Assembly (NCBI GenBank): GCA_965208575.1
Contig: CBDBOV010000005.1
Coordinates: forward strand, 160,001 to 224,000
From: Spirochaetia bacterium
GTDB taxonomy: Bacteria > Spirochaetota > Spirochaetia > SZUA-6 > Bin103
Direction: 5' to 3'
Length of the DNA: 64,000 nucleotides
Position 1 is the first letter of the stretch. Each line of letters starts with the position of its first letter. Position numbers and translations under genes: made by a program. Positions 38,996 to 49,443 of this stretch are shown piece after piece. Under the pieces are notes generated by a model. That model was not told the origin of the DNA and made no database searches. It saw only the letters and a program-made list of their open reading frames with translations.

Positions 38996-39955
38996 CTACC
39001 GGTAGCGCACGCGCGGGTCGATTAGCGCGTACGAGAGGTCGGTGACGAGATTGACCGCCACCACCACGGCGGCGAACACAAGGTTGACGCCGGAGACGAT
39101 CGGGTAGTCTCTGATCGTAAGCGCATTCACCAGCAGCCGCCCCAGCCCCGGCAGGTTGAAGATGTTCTCCATGATCACCGAGCCGCCCACCAGGATCGGC
39201 ACCTGCAGGGCGACCAGGCTGACCACCGGGATCAGGGCGTTCTTGACCGCGTGGCGCAGGATCACCGATCGTTCCAGCAGCCCCTTGGACCACGCGGTCC
39301 TGATGTAGTCCTGTCTGAGCACCTCCAGCATCATCGTCCGCGTCATCCGCATGGTGGCCGCGGACAGATAGGTCCCCAGGATCAGACTGGGAATGGCGAA
39401 TCCGGCCAGGCTTCCGAGCGGGTCTTCCACGAACGAGACCAGCACCAACGGTGGGGACCAGCGCCACCAGATTGCCGGAAACACGATGACCATGGTGGCC
39501 AGCCAGAAGTTGGGCGTCGCCAGGCCGAGGATGGCCAGCGACCGCCCCACGTAGTCGGCGGCCGTATCCTGGCGAATCGCCGAGTAGATACCCACCGGCA
39601 CGGCTATGACCAGCCCGATGAGAATCGCCATCAAGCCCAGCTGAATGGTCACCGGTAGTCTCTGGGCGATGCTCTGCTCCACGGTGTCGCTGCTCGTCAG
39701 TGATGGACCGAGAGTGCCGCGCAGGAAGATCCCGCCCACCCAGCGCCCATACTGGACGTAGACCGGCACATCCAGGCCCAGCCGGCGCTCCAGGGCCGCG
39801 CGGTCGATCTCCCCACCTTGCGAGGCCTCCATCCGCATTTGCATCACGCCGATCACGTCGCCCGGCAGGAAGCGGACCGAGAGAAACACCAGGACGGTCA
39901 CGAGGAACAGCGTCGGGATGACCATCAACAGCCGCCGGACGGCATACGCCCTCAT
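38996..39955 (-). CDS. DppB-like permease, copy B
   Basis: Identical to copy A except in the N-terminal ~50 aa. Confidence 0.92.
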   Translation of the reverse strand: MRAYAVRRLLMVIPTLFLVTVLVFLSVRFLPGDVIGVMQMRMEASQGGEIDRAALERRLGLDVPVYVQYGRWVGGIFLRGTLGPSLTSSDTVEQSIAQRLPVTIQLGLMAILIGLVIAVPVGIYSAIRQDTAADYVGRSLAILGLATPNFWLATMVIVFPAIWWRWSPPLVLVSFVEDPLGSLAGFAIPSLILGTYLSAATMRMTRTMMLEVLRQDYIRTAWSKGLLERSVILRHAVKNALIPVVSLVALQVPILVGGSVIMENIFNLPGLGRLLVNALTIRDYPIVSGVNLVFAAVVVAVNLVTDLSYALIDPRVRYR

Positions 39956-40036
39956 GCACTACGCTCCATCAATTGCTGGGGGAATGGGCGCTGGGAGCGG
40001 GGCCGGCCGCCGCCCCCCAGCTGCAAGTTCCGCGCT

Positions 40037-41803
40037 CTACGGCTTCAGGCTGCTATCGAACCACAGGCGCGTGAAGATGGTGGAGTGGCCGTTTTCCGAG
40101 ATCGACCCCTCGCCGTTGTATCCCACAACCCACGGCTGAGTCACGGAGAACTGCGGCCCCACCGGCCCGAACACGTGCCAGAACTGCTCGATCCCGTACA
40201 TATCCAATTCGCCGAGCGCCGCGTCCCGCTCCTCCAGCGTGCTCGCCGCAAGGGCCTCGGCAAACTTGGCGTTGTACCACTCGTCATCGGCATTGGCACT
40301 GTTCCATGACGTCGATGGGATGAAACGCTTCACCGGATTGACCGGGGGTCCCTTGAAAGCCGCTTCCGCGTTGATCATCTGAAAGGCTCGATCTTGTCTT
40401 CTGGCCACGAACTCAGCCAGTGGCTGCACGTTGGCCTCTACCTTGACGCCAATGGCGTCCCAGTAACTGATCAGGAGCTCGGTGTAGTTCAGATCGTAGC
40501 GCTCGAGGTGCATGAACTCGGTCTCGAATCTGACGCCATCATCGCCGCGTGGATAGCCCGCCTCGTCGAGCAGAGCCTCGGCACCGGCCGGGTCATACTC
40601 GAACGCCTCCTTGACGTCCGCCGGCCACTCAGCGAACGGGGTCGCCACGGTCGCAGTGAGGCGGCTCACCGCCCCCTGGGGGATGGTATCCGCGAAGCCT
40701 CTATAGAATCCCTGGTTGATCTCCTCGAGGTTGAGGGCCATCTGCATCGCCTTGCGTACCCGGATGTCGCCAAAGGGCTCAACCTGGATGTTCAGGCCGA
40801 CCCCATTGTCAGACCGTCCCGCAATCGGATAGACCTTCAGTTCAGGATTGGTGCGCTGCAGGCTCTCCAACTGGTCGATACTCCGCAACGTGGTAGCGCC
40901 ACCTGCTGCACCTATGTAGTCGAGCTGACCGGTGCGCAGCGCCGAGATGTACGTTGTCGTCTCGGGCATGACCAGCGCGCGTAGCTGGTCGAAATAGGGC
41001 AGGCGGTTGTCCGGGAACTTCTCGTCGAAGCCCCAGTAGTCGGGATTCTTGTCCCAGGTGACCGAGCTGCCCTTGGTCCAGTCGGTGAGGGCATAGGGGC
41101 CGGTGCCGACCAGGTCCCGCCAGTCATCGGCGTCCCCCTTGGCCTGGATTACCTCGGGGGCGTAGATGAAGTTGAGGGTGCCTTGGAGGATCGCATGAAG
41201 AGCAGAGAGGCTTGGCGCTGCCAGCTTGATGGCGACCGTCGCGCTGTCGGTCGCCGTTACCGACTCGACCTCGATGCCACCCCAAAACCCGGCATGCTCG
41301 CTGCGCTCGGTGAAGCCGCTGCCGAGGCCCAATACGCGGTGGTAGTTGAATGCGATATCCTCTGCGGTCAAGGCGCGACCGTTCATCGGTGTCTTGTCCT
41401 GCCAGCTAACGCCCTGGCGGATGTTGAGCACGTACATGAGCGGGTCCGGCTGCGACCAGCTCTCAGCCAGGTGCCCGACCGTGTGCGTCGGCGGGTTGGG
41501 CATCACAAAGTCGAACTCATCTCTTGGCGTTGCCCAGTCCTGGATGGTCGGCATTTCGACTACGACGTTGACGATTGACCCTCCCCAAACACCGGAGACC
41601 ACGACGTCGGTGCTCGCCGGCTCTTCCTTGAGTGCATAGGTGAACGTGCCGCCGTACTCCGGCGCGCTGATCATTTCGCCGGTGGTGGGGTCGAGCACCA
41701 TCTCATTCTCGGCCGCGGCCGCCTCCTCACCGGCGGGGGCGGCGAACGTAACGGTAGCCACCAGCGCGAACGCTAGCGGCAGCACCATGAGTCTGGGAGT
41801 CAT
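40037..41803 (-). CDS. DppA-like substrate-binding protein, divergent copy B
   Basis: MTPRLMVLPLAF...; many substitutions relative to 24871-26640. Confidence 0.9.
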   Translation of the reverse strand: MTPRLMVLPLAFALVATVTFAAPAGEEAAAAENEMVLDPTTGEMISAPEYGGTFTYALKEEPASTDVVVSGVWGGSIVNVVVEMPTIQDWATPRDEFDFVMPNPPTHTVGHLAESWSQPDPLMYVLNIRQGVSWQDKTPMNGRALTAEDIAFNYHRVLGLGSGFTERSEHAGFWGGIEVESVTATDSATVAIKLAAPSLSALHAILQGTLNFIYAPEVIQAKGDADDWRDLVGTGPYALTDWTKGSSVTWDKNPDYWGFDEKFPDNRLPYFDQLRALVMPETTTYISALRTGQLDYIGAAGGATTLRSIDQLESLQRTNPELKVYPIAGRSDNGVGLNIQVEPFGDIRVRKAMQMALNLEEINQGFYRGFADTIPQGAVSRLTATVATPFAEWPADVKEAFEYDPAGAEALLDEAGYPRGDDGVRFETEFMHLERYDLNYTELLISYWDAIGVKVEANVQPLAEFVARRQDRAFQMINAEAAFKGPPVNPVKRFIPSTSWNSANADDEWYNAKFAEALAASTLEERDAALGELDMYGIEQFWHVFGPVGPQFSVTQPWVVGYNGEGSISENGHSTIFTRLWFDSSLKP

Positions 41804-42276
41804 AGCGTACTCCTCCTCGTTCTCGGGATCGGGACTGCGTCCCGTTGCCCGTGGTCCTCTTGGGCCGAAGACTTTGGCCTTCTCGCATAGTCGTGGTAAT
41901 CGTCGCACCAAGAGCGGGAGACAGCGCCGCGAGCGCCGGTTTCCGCGAGCGTGGTGCGATGGGTGTGGATGGCGAAGGGAGCCGCTACGTCGTCAGCGGT
42001 GCAGATGGCGACAGAGTGGCGGATGTGGCTCGGCGAGCGTAGAGAGCGGTCAGTTACCGGGTGCTTGGTTTGTTGTGGAGCAGGCCGGAGCAGGCCGGAG
42101 CGCTAGCGTTCGCGGCTAACGGGTGGCTGCGGTGGGCTGTGTGATCGCGCTTCATCCGCGTACCAAGCCGCCATTCTACCACGCGCCCGGCACCCGTCAA
42201 GCACGCGGAATCGGTCGAGTCTGTCGGCTGGAAAGGTGCGACCGGGTCGCGCTACCATGCAGATCGGAGTCGGCGC

Positions 42277-43221
42277 ATGGAACAGAAGCCCAGTCCGGTG
42301 CTGCGTACCGCGATAGGAAACTATGGCCATACCGCGGCCTTGAAGGATGGCACCATCACCTCCCCGATGTTCGACCTGGAGCACGTTGAGGTCTCCCCCG
42401 TGCCGATGATATTCCGCCGCATGGTGCGGGGGCTCGAGTTCGATGTCGCGGAGATGGCGCTGGCGACCTGTTTCTGTGCCCGCGCCCATGGCAGACGCTT
42501 TACCGGAATCCCCATCTTCCTGACCCGCGCCTTCTATCACGGCGAGTTGCTGTGCCACCGGCGCAGCGGTATCCGGGCGCCGAAGGATCTCGAAGGCCGC
42601 AAGGTTGGCGTACGCAGCTACACGTTTACCCCCGGCGTCTGGACGCGCGGCATCCTGGCCGCCGAATACGGCGTCGACCTGGACGCGGTCACCTGGGTTC
42701 TGTCGGGAGACGAACACGTGCAGGAGTACGTCGCGCCCGCCAACGTGGTGTCGTCGCCCAACAACAACCTCGCGACGATGCTGCTCGCCGGCGAGATCGA
42801 CGCCGCCATCGCGCCCGGCCCGGTCGACTCGCCTGACATCCAGCCGCTGTTCCCGGACGCCCGGCAGGCCGACGACGCCTGGCACCGCAGGACCGGGATC
42901 TATCCGATCAGCCACCTGCTGGTGGTGAAGGACGCGGCGCTGGCGTCGCACCCCGGTCTCGCAACCGAGCTGTTCCGCCTGTTCAGCGAGGCCAGGTCGC
43001 AGTACCTGCCGCGCCTGCGCTCCGGCGCCGCCGACGACGCCGGCGATCGGTCGCTGCGGAAGATGGCGCAGACGGTCGGCGGCGACCCCCTGCCCTACGG
43101 CTTCGAGAGTTCGCGCAGGACTCTGGAGACCTTCATACGCTTCAACGTTGACCAGGGAGTGATACCGCAGACGGTCGCCCCGGAGGACCTGTTCGTGCCG
43201 GAGACCCTGGCCCTGGTCTGA
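42277..43221 (+). CDS. Decarboxylase-like protein, copy B
   Basis: Differs from copy A at a handful of residues. Confidence 0.75.
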   Translation: MEQKPSPVLRTAIGNYGHTAALKDGTITSPMFDLEHVEVSPVPMIFRRMVRGLEFDVAEMALATCFCARAHGRRFTGIPIFLTRAFYHGELLCHRRSGIRAPKDLEGRKVGVRSYTFTPGVWTRGILAAEYGVDLDAVTWVLSGDEHVQEYVAPANVVSSPNNNLATMLLAGEIDAAIAPGPVDSPDIQPLFPDARQADDAWHRRTGIYPISHLLVVKDAALASHPGLATELFRLFSEARSQYLPRLRSGAADDAGDRSLRKMAQTVGGDPLPYGFESSRRTLETFIRFNVDQGVIPQTVAPEDLFVPETLALV

Positions 43222-43605
43222 CCACCCGAACCGAGCGGCGGCCCGCCGCTCTCGTTGGTCGCATCGGTCACGTAGTGATGCAGTTCGTACACTCGAAACA
43301 GTGCCTGGAGTCCACGAGTGGACTTGCTTCTGCGCCAGTCCGAGCTGATCACAATGCCCGCGCCGAGGTCCTTGCACAGCGAGCGCAGCCGTTCGACCGC
43401 TTCGCTGTCCCAGTCAAAGCAGACCGCCCCAAGGTCGTACTTGTCCATGCCCAGGTAGATCTCATCGGCGAATCTGTCGGCCAGCGAACAGCACGATCGG
43501 CGCCTCGTTGCGGCTGGACACCGATGCCGGGCGTCGGCGTGCGCGCCCCGGCTGATCTGGAACGTCCGGTTTGCATGCCCGCGCGAGATGGGCTACGCTG
43601 GCGTC

Positions 43606-44589
43606 ATGGCCAGCACCAAAGCACCGCCCAGCGGGCGCTACCAAGCAGCGCAACCCCGGCCCGCCCAGCCCGCCGAGCCGCCGGCGTTCCCGGGCTGCAC
43701 GCCGGTGCACCTGCCGCGCACCGAGATCGACCGCTTCGAGGGGCGGCTCGAGTATTGGGATTCGGCCACCGAGACCGCCTGGATCAGCGAGCCCACCACT
43801 TCCTATCACGAACGCACGTCGCGCCTGGTGACCCGCTTGGCCGAGATGGTTGGCCGGGTGCGCGGGTCGCCGATCGAGTCGTACGGCTCGATGGACCTGC
43901 TGCTGCGCGACCCCGACAGCGAGCCGCGGCGCATCATGCAGGCCGACGAGTCGGTGTACCTGCATCCGGCGCGCGCCAAGCTGCCGGGGGCCGCCATGGT
44001 GGTAGGCGAGGACGACTTTCCCGACGTGGTGCTGGAGGTGGATCACACCACCGACGTGCACCGCGGCAAGCTCGCGCTGTACGAATCGTGGGGCTTCCCG
44101 GAAGTGTGGGTGGAGGTGCCGGACACTCCGTCGCCGAGCCGGCCGCACCGGCGCCGCCCGGGACTGACCATTCATGTGCTCGAGCACGGCCGGTTCCGGG
44201 TTGCAACCGAGAGCCGTGCATTTCCCGGCTGGCGGGCCGAGGAGATTCACTTGGCGCTGAACGAGCCGGTGCCGTCGGCGCAGACGAGCGCGGCGGTGGA
44301 ACGGGTTGCAACGGCGCTCGGTGAGCGCGAAGGCACCGGCCCGGACGACGACCCGCTGCTGCGCTCGCAACGGCGCCAGGGGTTCGAGCGCGGCCTGGCG
44401 GAAGGTCGCTTACGGATGGTCCGCCAGATTCTGCGGTCACGGGGCATTGCAGTGTCGGCGCGGTTCTCCGCCGCTGCGGAAGCGCTCGCCGCGGCGCCCG
44501 AGGAGGCGCTGCTGGCGGCGGCGCTTGGCTGCGCGGATGAGGCGGAGTTCCTTGCCGCGCTCCGGCGCTCGCGCCACCCGGCCGGCTGA
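43606..44589 (+). CDS. Uma2-family protein, copy B
   Basis: Near-identical to 28490-29473. Confidence 0.8.
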   Translation: MASTKAPPSGRYQAAQPRPAQPAEPPAFPGCTPVHLPRTEIDRFEGRLEYWDSATETAWISEPTTSYHERTSRLVTRLAEMVGRVRGSPIESYGSMDLLLRDPDSEPRRIMQADESVYLHPARAKLPGAAMVVGEDDFPDVVLEVDHTTDVHRGKLALYESWGFPEVWVEVPDTPSPSRPHRRRPGLTIHVLEHGRFRVATESRAFPGWRAEEIHLALNEPVPSAQTSAAVERVATALGEREGTGPDDDPLLRSQRRQGFERGLAEGRLRMVRQILRSRGIAVSARFSAAAEALAAAPEEALLAAALGCADEAEFLAALRRSRHPAG

Positions 44590-44770
44590 CCTCATAGCGC
44601 CCCGAAACCGCGTTTTCGTTCGGCCCTTCGATCAGCAACGCCTAATTGGTCATGCGCGCCGGGTCGTAAAGGTCGCGGGTGTCGCTCAACCAGCTGCACC
44701 ACCTGCTGCTGTCGGCGCCGTGGAGTGCGGCCTTGCGGGTGCACCGGCGCGCGTGGTTTCATGTCCGGCG

Positions 44771-46498
44771 ATGTCTCGAGGTTGGAGGGGGACGGAGTGG
44801 CTGGCGGCTCTGCTGTGTGCCGGCCCGCTCGGCGCGGCTCCCCGCGTTGCAGTTGTCCCGGTCAGCGCCGAGACGAGTTGCACGGGAGCGTTCGTGGCGC
44901 GGCCGCTGCCGCACTCGGTGCAGCCGATGCCGAACCTGCCGATGCCGTTCGACAGCAACGGCGCGGGGGTCGCGATCGCCGACCTCGATGGCGACGGCTG
45001 GCTGGACGTGGTGCTCGGCGGTCTGCACGGGCCGGCGACGGTGCTCTGGAACCGGGGCGGGCCGGGCGGTCCGGCGTTCGATGCGGCCGCGCTCGAACTG
45101 GTCGGGGCGCGCGCGGTGGCCATCGTGGACGTGGACGGCGACGGACACCAGGACATCGTCGCCACGCGGCCCGACGAGCGTCCGCGGTGGCTGCGGGGAA
45201 GCGGCGGGCGCGCCTTCCGGATCGTGGACGACGAACGGTTCGTCGCGCGCTATCCCATCTACTCGATGGCGTGGGACGATCTCGATGGCGACACCGACCT
45301 CGACCTGGTCGGCGCCACCTACGACGCCGAGTTGGAGCGATACGAGGCGATGGAGGCATACCGGAACTTCGTGACGACCAACGTTTCCACCGCCCGCACC
45401 CGGCAGCGGGGGGTGTGGTACTACGAGAACCTCGGGCCGCGCGACCGGCGCAGCGCCTTCGAGCCGGGTGAGTTCCAGTTCCTGGCATGGCCCCTCGCCG
45501 CCGGCGCGATGGCACTGGCCATCGTGCTGACCGACGTCGACGGCGACGCGCTCAGCGACATCGTCGTGGGCAACGACTACGACGTCCCGGACAACGTGTT
45601 CCTGCGCACCCCCGATCGGGTGCGCCCGCACCGGTCGTGGTGGCGCCCCGGCAGTCCGTTCCCGGTGACCACCCGCAACACCATGGCATTCGCCACCGGC
45701 GACGTGGACAACGACGGCCGGATCGAGCTGTTCGCGGCCGACATGAGCCCGTACCGCGCGGGTGCGGACATCGACGAGGCCTGGGGGCCGCTGCTGCAAC
45801 CGGGCGGCGCGGCGACCCCGGTGGGCGACGGCGTACAGGCCGCGGCCAACGTGCTGCAGACCCGGCAGGAGGACGGCTCCTACCTGGACACCGCCGGCCG
45901 CGCCGGGGTGGCCGCCACCGGCTGGAGCTGGTCGGCGCAGTTCGGGGACCTGGACAGCGACGGCGACCTGGACCTGTACATCGTCAACGGCATGGTCGGC
46001 GACCCGTTCCGGAAACTGGACAACGCCGAGTTGGTCGAGGAGAACCAGGCGCTGCGCAACCTGGGCGGAGGGCGCTTCGTGGCCGCGCCGGAGTGGGGGC
46101 TGGGCGCCACCGAGAGCGGGCGCGGCATGGCGCTCGGCGACCTCGACCGCGACGGCGACCTGGACATCGTGGTCAACAACTACCGGGCGCCGTCGCTGCT
46201 GTTCGAGAACCGCCTGTGCGGCGGGGCGAGCGTGCAGGTGGACCTGGTCTGGTCCGGCACGGACAACCGGTTCGCAATCGGCGCCTCGTTGCGGCTGGAC
46301 ACCGATGCCGGCCGCTACCGGCGCGACGTGGAGGTGACCAGCGGCTACCTGTCGAGCAACCCGCCCCGCGTCCACTTCGGCTTGCCTGCCGGCGAGCGCC
46401 CGCAGCGGCTCACCGTCCGCTGGCCGGACGGATCCGAAGACGTGGTGGAGACCGCGGACGGCCTGGCAGCCGACACGCTGCTGACCGTCACCCGGTAG
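44771..46498 (+). CDS. CRTAC1-family protein, copy B
   Basis: Same length as, and near-identical to, 29654-31381. Confidence 0.85.
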   Translation: MSRGWRGTEWLAALLCAGPLGAAPRVAVVPVSAETSCTGAFVARPLPHSVQPMPNLPMPFDSNGAGVAIADLDGDGWLDVVLGGLHGPATVLWNRGGPGGPAFDAAALELVGARAVAIVDVDGDGHQDIVATRPDERPRWLRGSGGRAFRIVDDERFVARYPIYSMAWDDLDGDTDLDLVGATYDAELERYEAMEAYRNFVTTNVSTARTRQRGVWYYENLGPRDRRSAFEPGEFQFLAWPLAAGAMALAIVLTDVDGDALSDIVVGNDYDVPDNVFLRTPDRVRPHRSWWRPGSPFPVTTRNTMAFATGDVDNDGRIELFAADMSPYRAGADIDEAWGPLLQPGGAATPVGDGVQAAANVLQTRQEDGSYLDTAGRAGVAATGWSWSAQFGDLDSDGDLDLYIVNGMVGDPFRKLDNAELVEENQALRNLGGGRFVAAPEWGLGATESGRGMALGDLDRDGDLDIVVNNYRAPSLLFENRLCGGASVQVDLVWSGTDNRFAIGASLRLDTDAGRYRRDVEVTSGYLSSNPPRVHFGLPAGERPQRLTVRWPDGSEDVVETADGLAADTLLTVTR

Positions 46499-46560
46499 CA
46501 CTCCGCCAGATCTGGAACGTTCGGTTTGCATGCCCGCGCGAGATCGGCTACGCTGGCGCC

Positions 46561-47544
46561 ATGGCCAGCACCAAAGCACCGCCCACCGGGCGCTACCAGG
46601 CAGCGCAACCCCGGCCCGCCGAGCCCGCCGAGCCGCCGGCGTTCCCGGGCTGCACGCCGGTGCACCTGCCGCGCACCGAAGTCGAGCGCTTCGAGGGACG
46701 GCTCGAGTATTGGGATTCGGCCACCGAGACCGCCTGGATCAGCGAGTCCGCCACGGCCTACCACGAGCGCCCGTCGCGCCTCCTGACGCGCTTGGCCGAG
46801 CGCATCGCCGAAGTGCGCGGCTCGCCGATCGAGTCGTACGGCTCGACCGACCTGCTGCTGCGCGACCCCGGCGGCGAACCGCGGCGCATCATGCAGGCCG
46901 ACGAGTCGGTATACCTGCATCCGGGGCAGGCCAGGCTGCCGGGGGCCGCCATGGTGGTCGGCGAGGACGACTTTCCCGACGTGGTGCTGGAGGTCGATCA
47001 CACCACCGACGTACACCGCGGCAAGCTGGCGCTGTACGAGTCGTGGGGCTTCCCGGAAGTGTGGGTGGAGGTGCCGGACGCGCCGTCCGCGAGCCGACCG
47101 CACCGGCGCCTCCCGGGACTGACGATTCACCTGCTGGAGCATGGCCGGTTCCGGGTTGCGGCCGAGAGCCGGGCGTTTCCCGGCTGGCGGGCCGAGGAGA
47201 TTCACTTGGCGCTGAACGAACCGGTGCCGTCCGCACAGACGAGCGCGGCGGTGGAACGGGTTGCAGCGGCACTGAGCGCGCGCGAAGGCACCGGACCCGA
47301 CGACGATCCGCTGCTTCGTTCGCAGCGGCGCCAGGGGTACGAACGCGGCCGCGCGGACACCCGTGCGCGGATGGTTCGCCAGATCCTGCGGTCACGCGGC
47401 GTTGCAGTGTCGGCGAGGTTCTCCGCCGCTGCGGAAGCGCTCGCCGCGACGTCCGAGGAGGCGCTGCTGGCGGCGGCGCTTGGCTGCGCGGATGAGGCGG
47501 AGTTCCTTGCCGCGCTCCGGCGCTCGCGCGACCCGGACGGCTGA
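46561..47544 (+). CDS. Uma2-family protein, third copy
   Basis: MASTKAPPTGRY...; more diverged paralogue. Confidence 0.8.
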   Translation: MASTKAPPTGRYQAAQPRPAEPAEPPAFPGCTPVHLPRTEVERFEGRLEYWDSATETAWISESATAYHERPSRLLTRLAERIAEVRGSPIESYGSTDLLLRDPGGEPRRIMQADESVYLHPGQARLPGAAMVVGEDDFPDVVLEVDHTTDVHRGKLALYESWGFPEVWVEVPDAPSASRPHRRLPGLTIHLLEHGRFRVAAESRAFPGWRAEEIHLALNEPVPSAQTSAAVERVAAALSAREGTGPDDDPLLRSQRRQGYERGRADTRARMVRQILRSRGVAVSARFSAAAEALAATSEEALLAAALGCADEAEFLAALRRSRDPDG

Positions 47545-47547
47545 CCG

Positions 47548-47757
47548 GTGCCGCTCGATGCCCGGATTCTCAACCAGGCGATCGACTCCGCACTGCGCGA
47601 CTTCAAGGATGCGATCCAGCTTCACTCGGCAGTCAGGGCCGGAGCACGCTACCTGATCACCAGGAACCCCTCCCACTTCGCTACGGACGCACTGGCGGTG
47701 GTCTCCCCGGACGAGTACCTGGCCGTGGTCCAGGTGGCTGACGGCCCGGTGGAGTAA
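47548..47757 (+). pseudogene. PIN-domain toxin C-terminal fragment
   Basis: DFKDAIQLHSA...YLITRNPSHF...VSPDEYL. Confidence 0.6.
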
Positions 47758-47851
47758 GCCGGACTGTGCGACCCTCGCTCGCTGCGGTGCTGCGATACGG
47801 TAAGCTACGCTTGGCCTGCCCGGCAGAGGCCGGGCCGAGAAGGAGAAGCGG

Positions 47852-48607
47852 ATGATCGAGATCGCGAGACGGGAGATTGCCGCCATTCCGTGCCTGGTGC
47901 TGCGCGAGACGCGCGTGGCGGAGGCGCCGGTGGTGATTCACTACCACGGCTGGACCGGCAACAAGGGCAGCATCGAAGCGCCGGACCAGTCGCTGGTGCA
48001 GTTGGCCTCCGCCGGGTTCCTGGTGGTCGCCCCCGACTGCCACGAACACGGTGAGCGGCGCACCGATGCGTGGTTCCGGGCAAAGTTCAACGGCTGGGCG
48101 TTCGTGTGCGAGGCGATGGACCGCACCCGCGCGGAGGCGCCGGCGCTGCTCGACGCGGTGCTGGCGCTGCCGCACGGCAGCGCCGACCGGCCGCAGGTCA
48201 GCGGCGTGTCGATGGGCGGTCTGATCGCCCAGATGGTGTTCGCCGAGAACCGGGCGTTGGCGGCGCTGGTGTCGGTGGTGGGCCGCTCCAGCTTCTTCCA
48301 GGCCGACGAGTGGTGCCGGCGGGCGCAGCGCGGCACGTGGTGCGACTCGTGGTGCGCCGAGCACGCCACCCAGTCCCATCCGGAGCGGTTCACCGGCCGG
48401 CCGGTGCTGTTCATCGACGGCGGCCTGGACACCGACTGCCCCGCTTCCACCAACGCGGAGACGGTCCGGCTGATCAACGCCCGCGGCGGCCGGGCCGAGC
48501 ACTTCGTCGACCCGGTAGTGGGGCACGCCTTCTCGCCCCCCATGCGGACCAGGTTCGTGAACTGGCTGATCGGCCACGGCGAGCCGGCGCTGGCGGGAGG
48601 CGCCTGA
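47852..48607 (+). CDS. Alpha/beta hydrolase (esterase)
   Basis: HGWTG, GVSMGG nucleophile elbow, and C-terminal GH. Confidence 0.85.
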   Translation: MIEIARREIAAIPCLVLRETRVAEAPVVIHYHGWTGNKGSIEAPDQSLVQLASAGFLVVAPDCHEHGERRTDAWFRAKFNGWAFVCEAMDRTRAEAPALLDAVLALPHGSADRPQVSGVSMGGLIAQMVFAENRALAALVSVVGRSSFFQADEWCRRAQRGTWCDSWCAEHATQSHPERFTGRPVLFIDGGLDTDCPASTNAETVRLINARGGRAEHFVDPVVGHAFSPPMRTRFVNWLIGHGEPALAGGA

Positions 48608-48609
48608 GC

Positions 48610-49371
48610 ATGGCCGGCAGGGGTTCCGGCGCGCCGGAGGTGGCGCGCATCGTGGCGGAGTTGGACGAGCGCGGCTACTGTGTCATTCCGGCGGTGATCT
48701 CCACCGCCGAGGCGGATCGGGCACGCGCGGCCCTGGAACGACTCCTGGCGGACGAGGCCACCGACGCCACCCGCCGGGCGCGCAGCCAGCGGGTCGCCAG
48801 GATAGCGGTCAAGCACCCCATCTTCCTGGAGCTGCTGACCCATCCGCTGATCGTGGCAATCTGGCGCACCTACCTGGACCCGGACGTGATCTGCTCCACC
48901 TGGACCGCCAACACCACCTTCCCCGGCTACGACCGCATCGGATGGCACCCCGACTTCCCCTACCAGTGGCTGAACCAGCCGTGGCCGCGCGACCGCATCA
49001 GCGGGCAGACGATCTGGATGCTGGACGACTTCACCGACCGAAACGGCGGCACCGGGCTGCTCCCCTGCAGCCACCGCAAGGGCCACCGCCCGCCGCCGGA
49101 GAGCGCCTCGCAGTGGCACCCGGACGCCGAGATCCTGACCGGCGTGCGCGGCAGCGTGCTGGTGATGCACGGCGCCAACTGGCACACCGCGCGTCCCAAC
49201 CGGTCCGATGCGCCGCGTAGCGCCCTGCTGGGCATGTACACGCGTCCGATCTACCTGACCCAGGAAGACATGCCCGCCCAGCTCGCCGACCTGGACAACC
49301 CGTCCGAACTGGTGCGCCAACTGATGGGCGCCAACCGCCACCGCCCCGGCGTGGTCGGCACCGGCCAGTAG
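48610..49371 (+). CDS. Phytanoyl-CoA dioxygenase (PhyH) family protein
   Basis: ERGYCVIP...WHPD...LDDFTDRNGGT...SH...WH...N..R. Confidence 0.85.
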   Translation: MAGRGSGAPEVARIVAELDERGYCVIPAVISTAEADRARAALERLLADEATDATRRARSQRVARIAVKHPIFLELLTHPLIVAIWRTYLDPDVICSTWTANTTFPGYDRIGWHPDFPYQWLNQPWPRDRISGQTIWMLDDFTDRNGGTGLLPCSHRKGHRPPPESASQWHPDAEILTGVRGSVLVMHGANWHTARPNRSDAPRSALLGMYTRPIYLTQEDMPAQLADLDNPSELVRQLMGANRHRPGVVGTGQ

Positions 49372-49443
49372 CGTTCATTGACGGCGCGGCGCAGTCTCCG
49401 TAGAGTGCACCATCTTTCGCGGTTGCCTGAAGGAGGTTTACTC

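Larger units (their letters stand above)
36645..46502. repeat. Copy B of the ~9.9-kb direct duplication
   Basis: Runs from just past the abiEi stop to just past the CRTAC1 stop. Confidence 0.92.

Noticed and set aside
21781-46502. Duplication as a pure assembly artefact
   Set aside because: The copies have distinct dppA alleles, VNTR lengths, scattered SNPs and unique flanks. Long-read confirmation is still needed.
44306-47544. 730-aa and 685-aa extended CRTAC1 and Uma2 ORFs
   Set aside because: The extensions are stop-free shadow frames in GC-rich DNA; paralogues define starts at 44771 and 46561.
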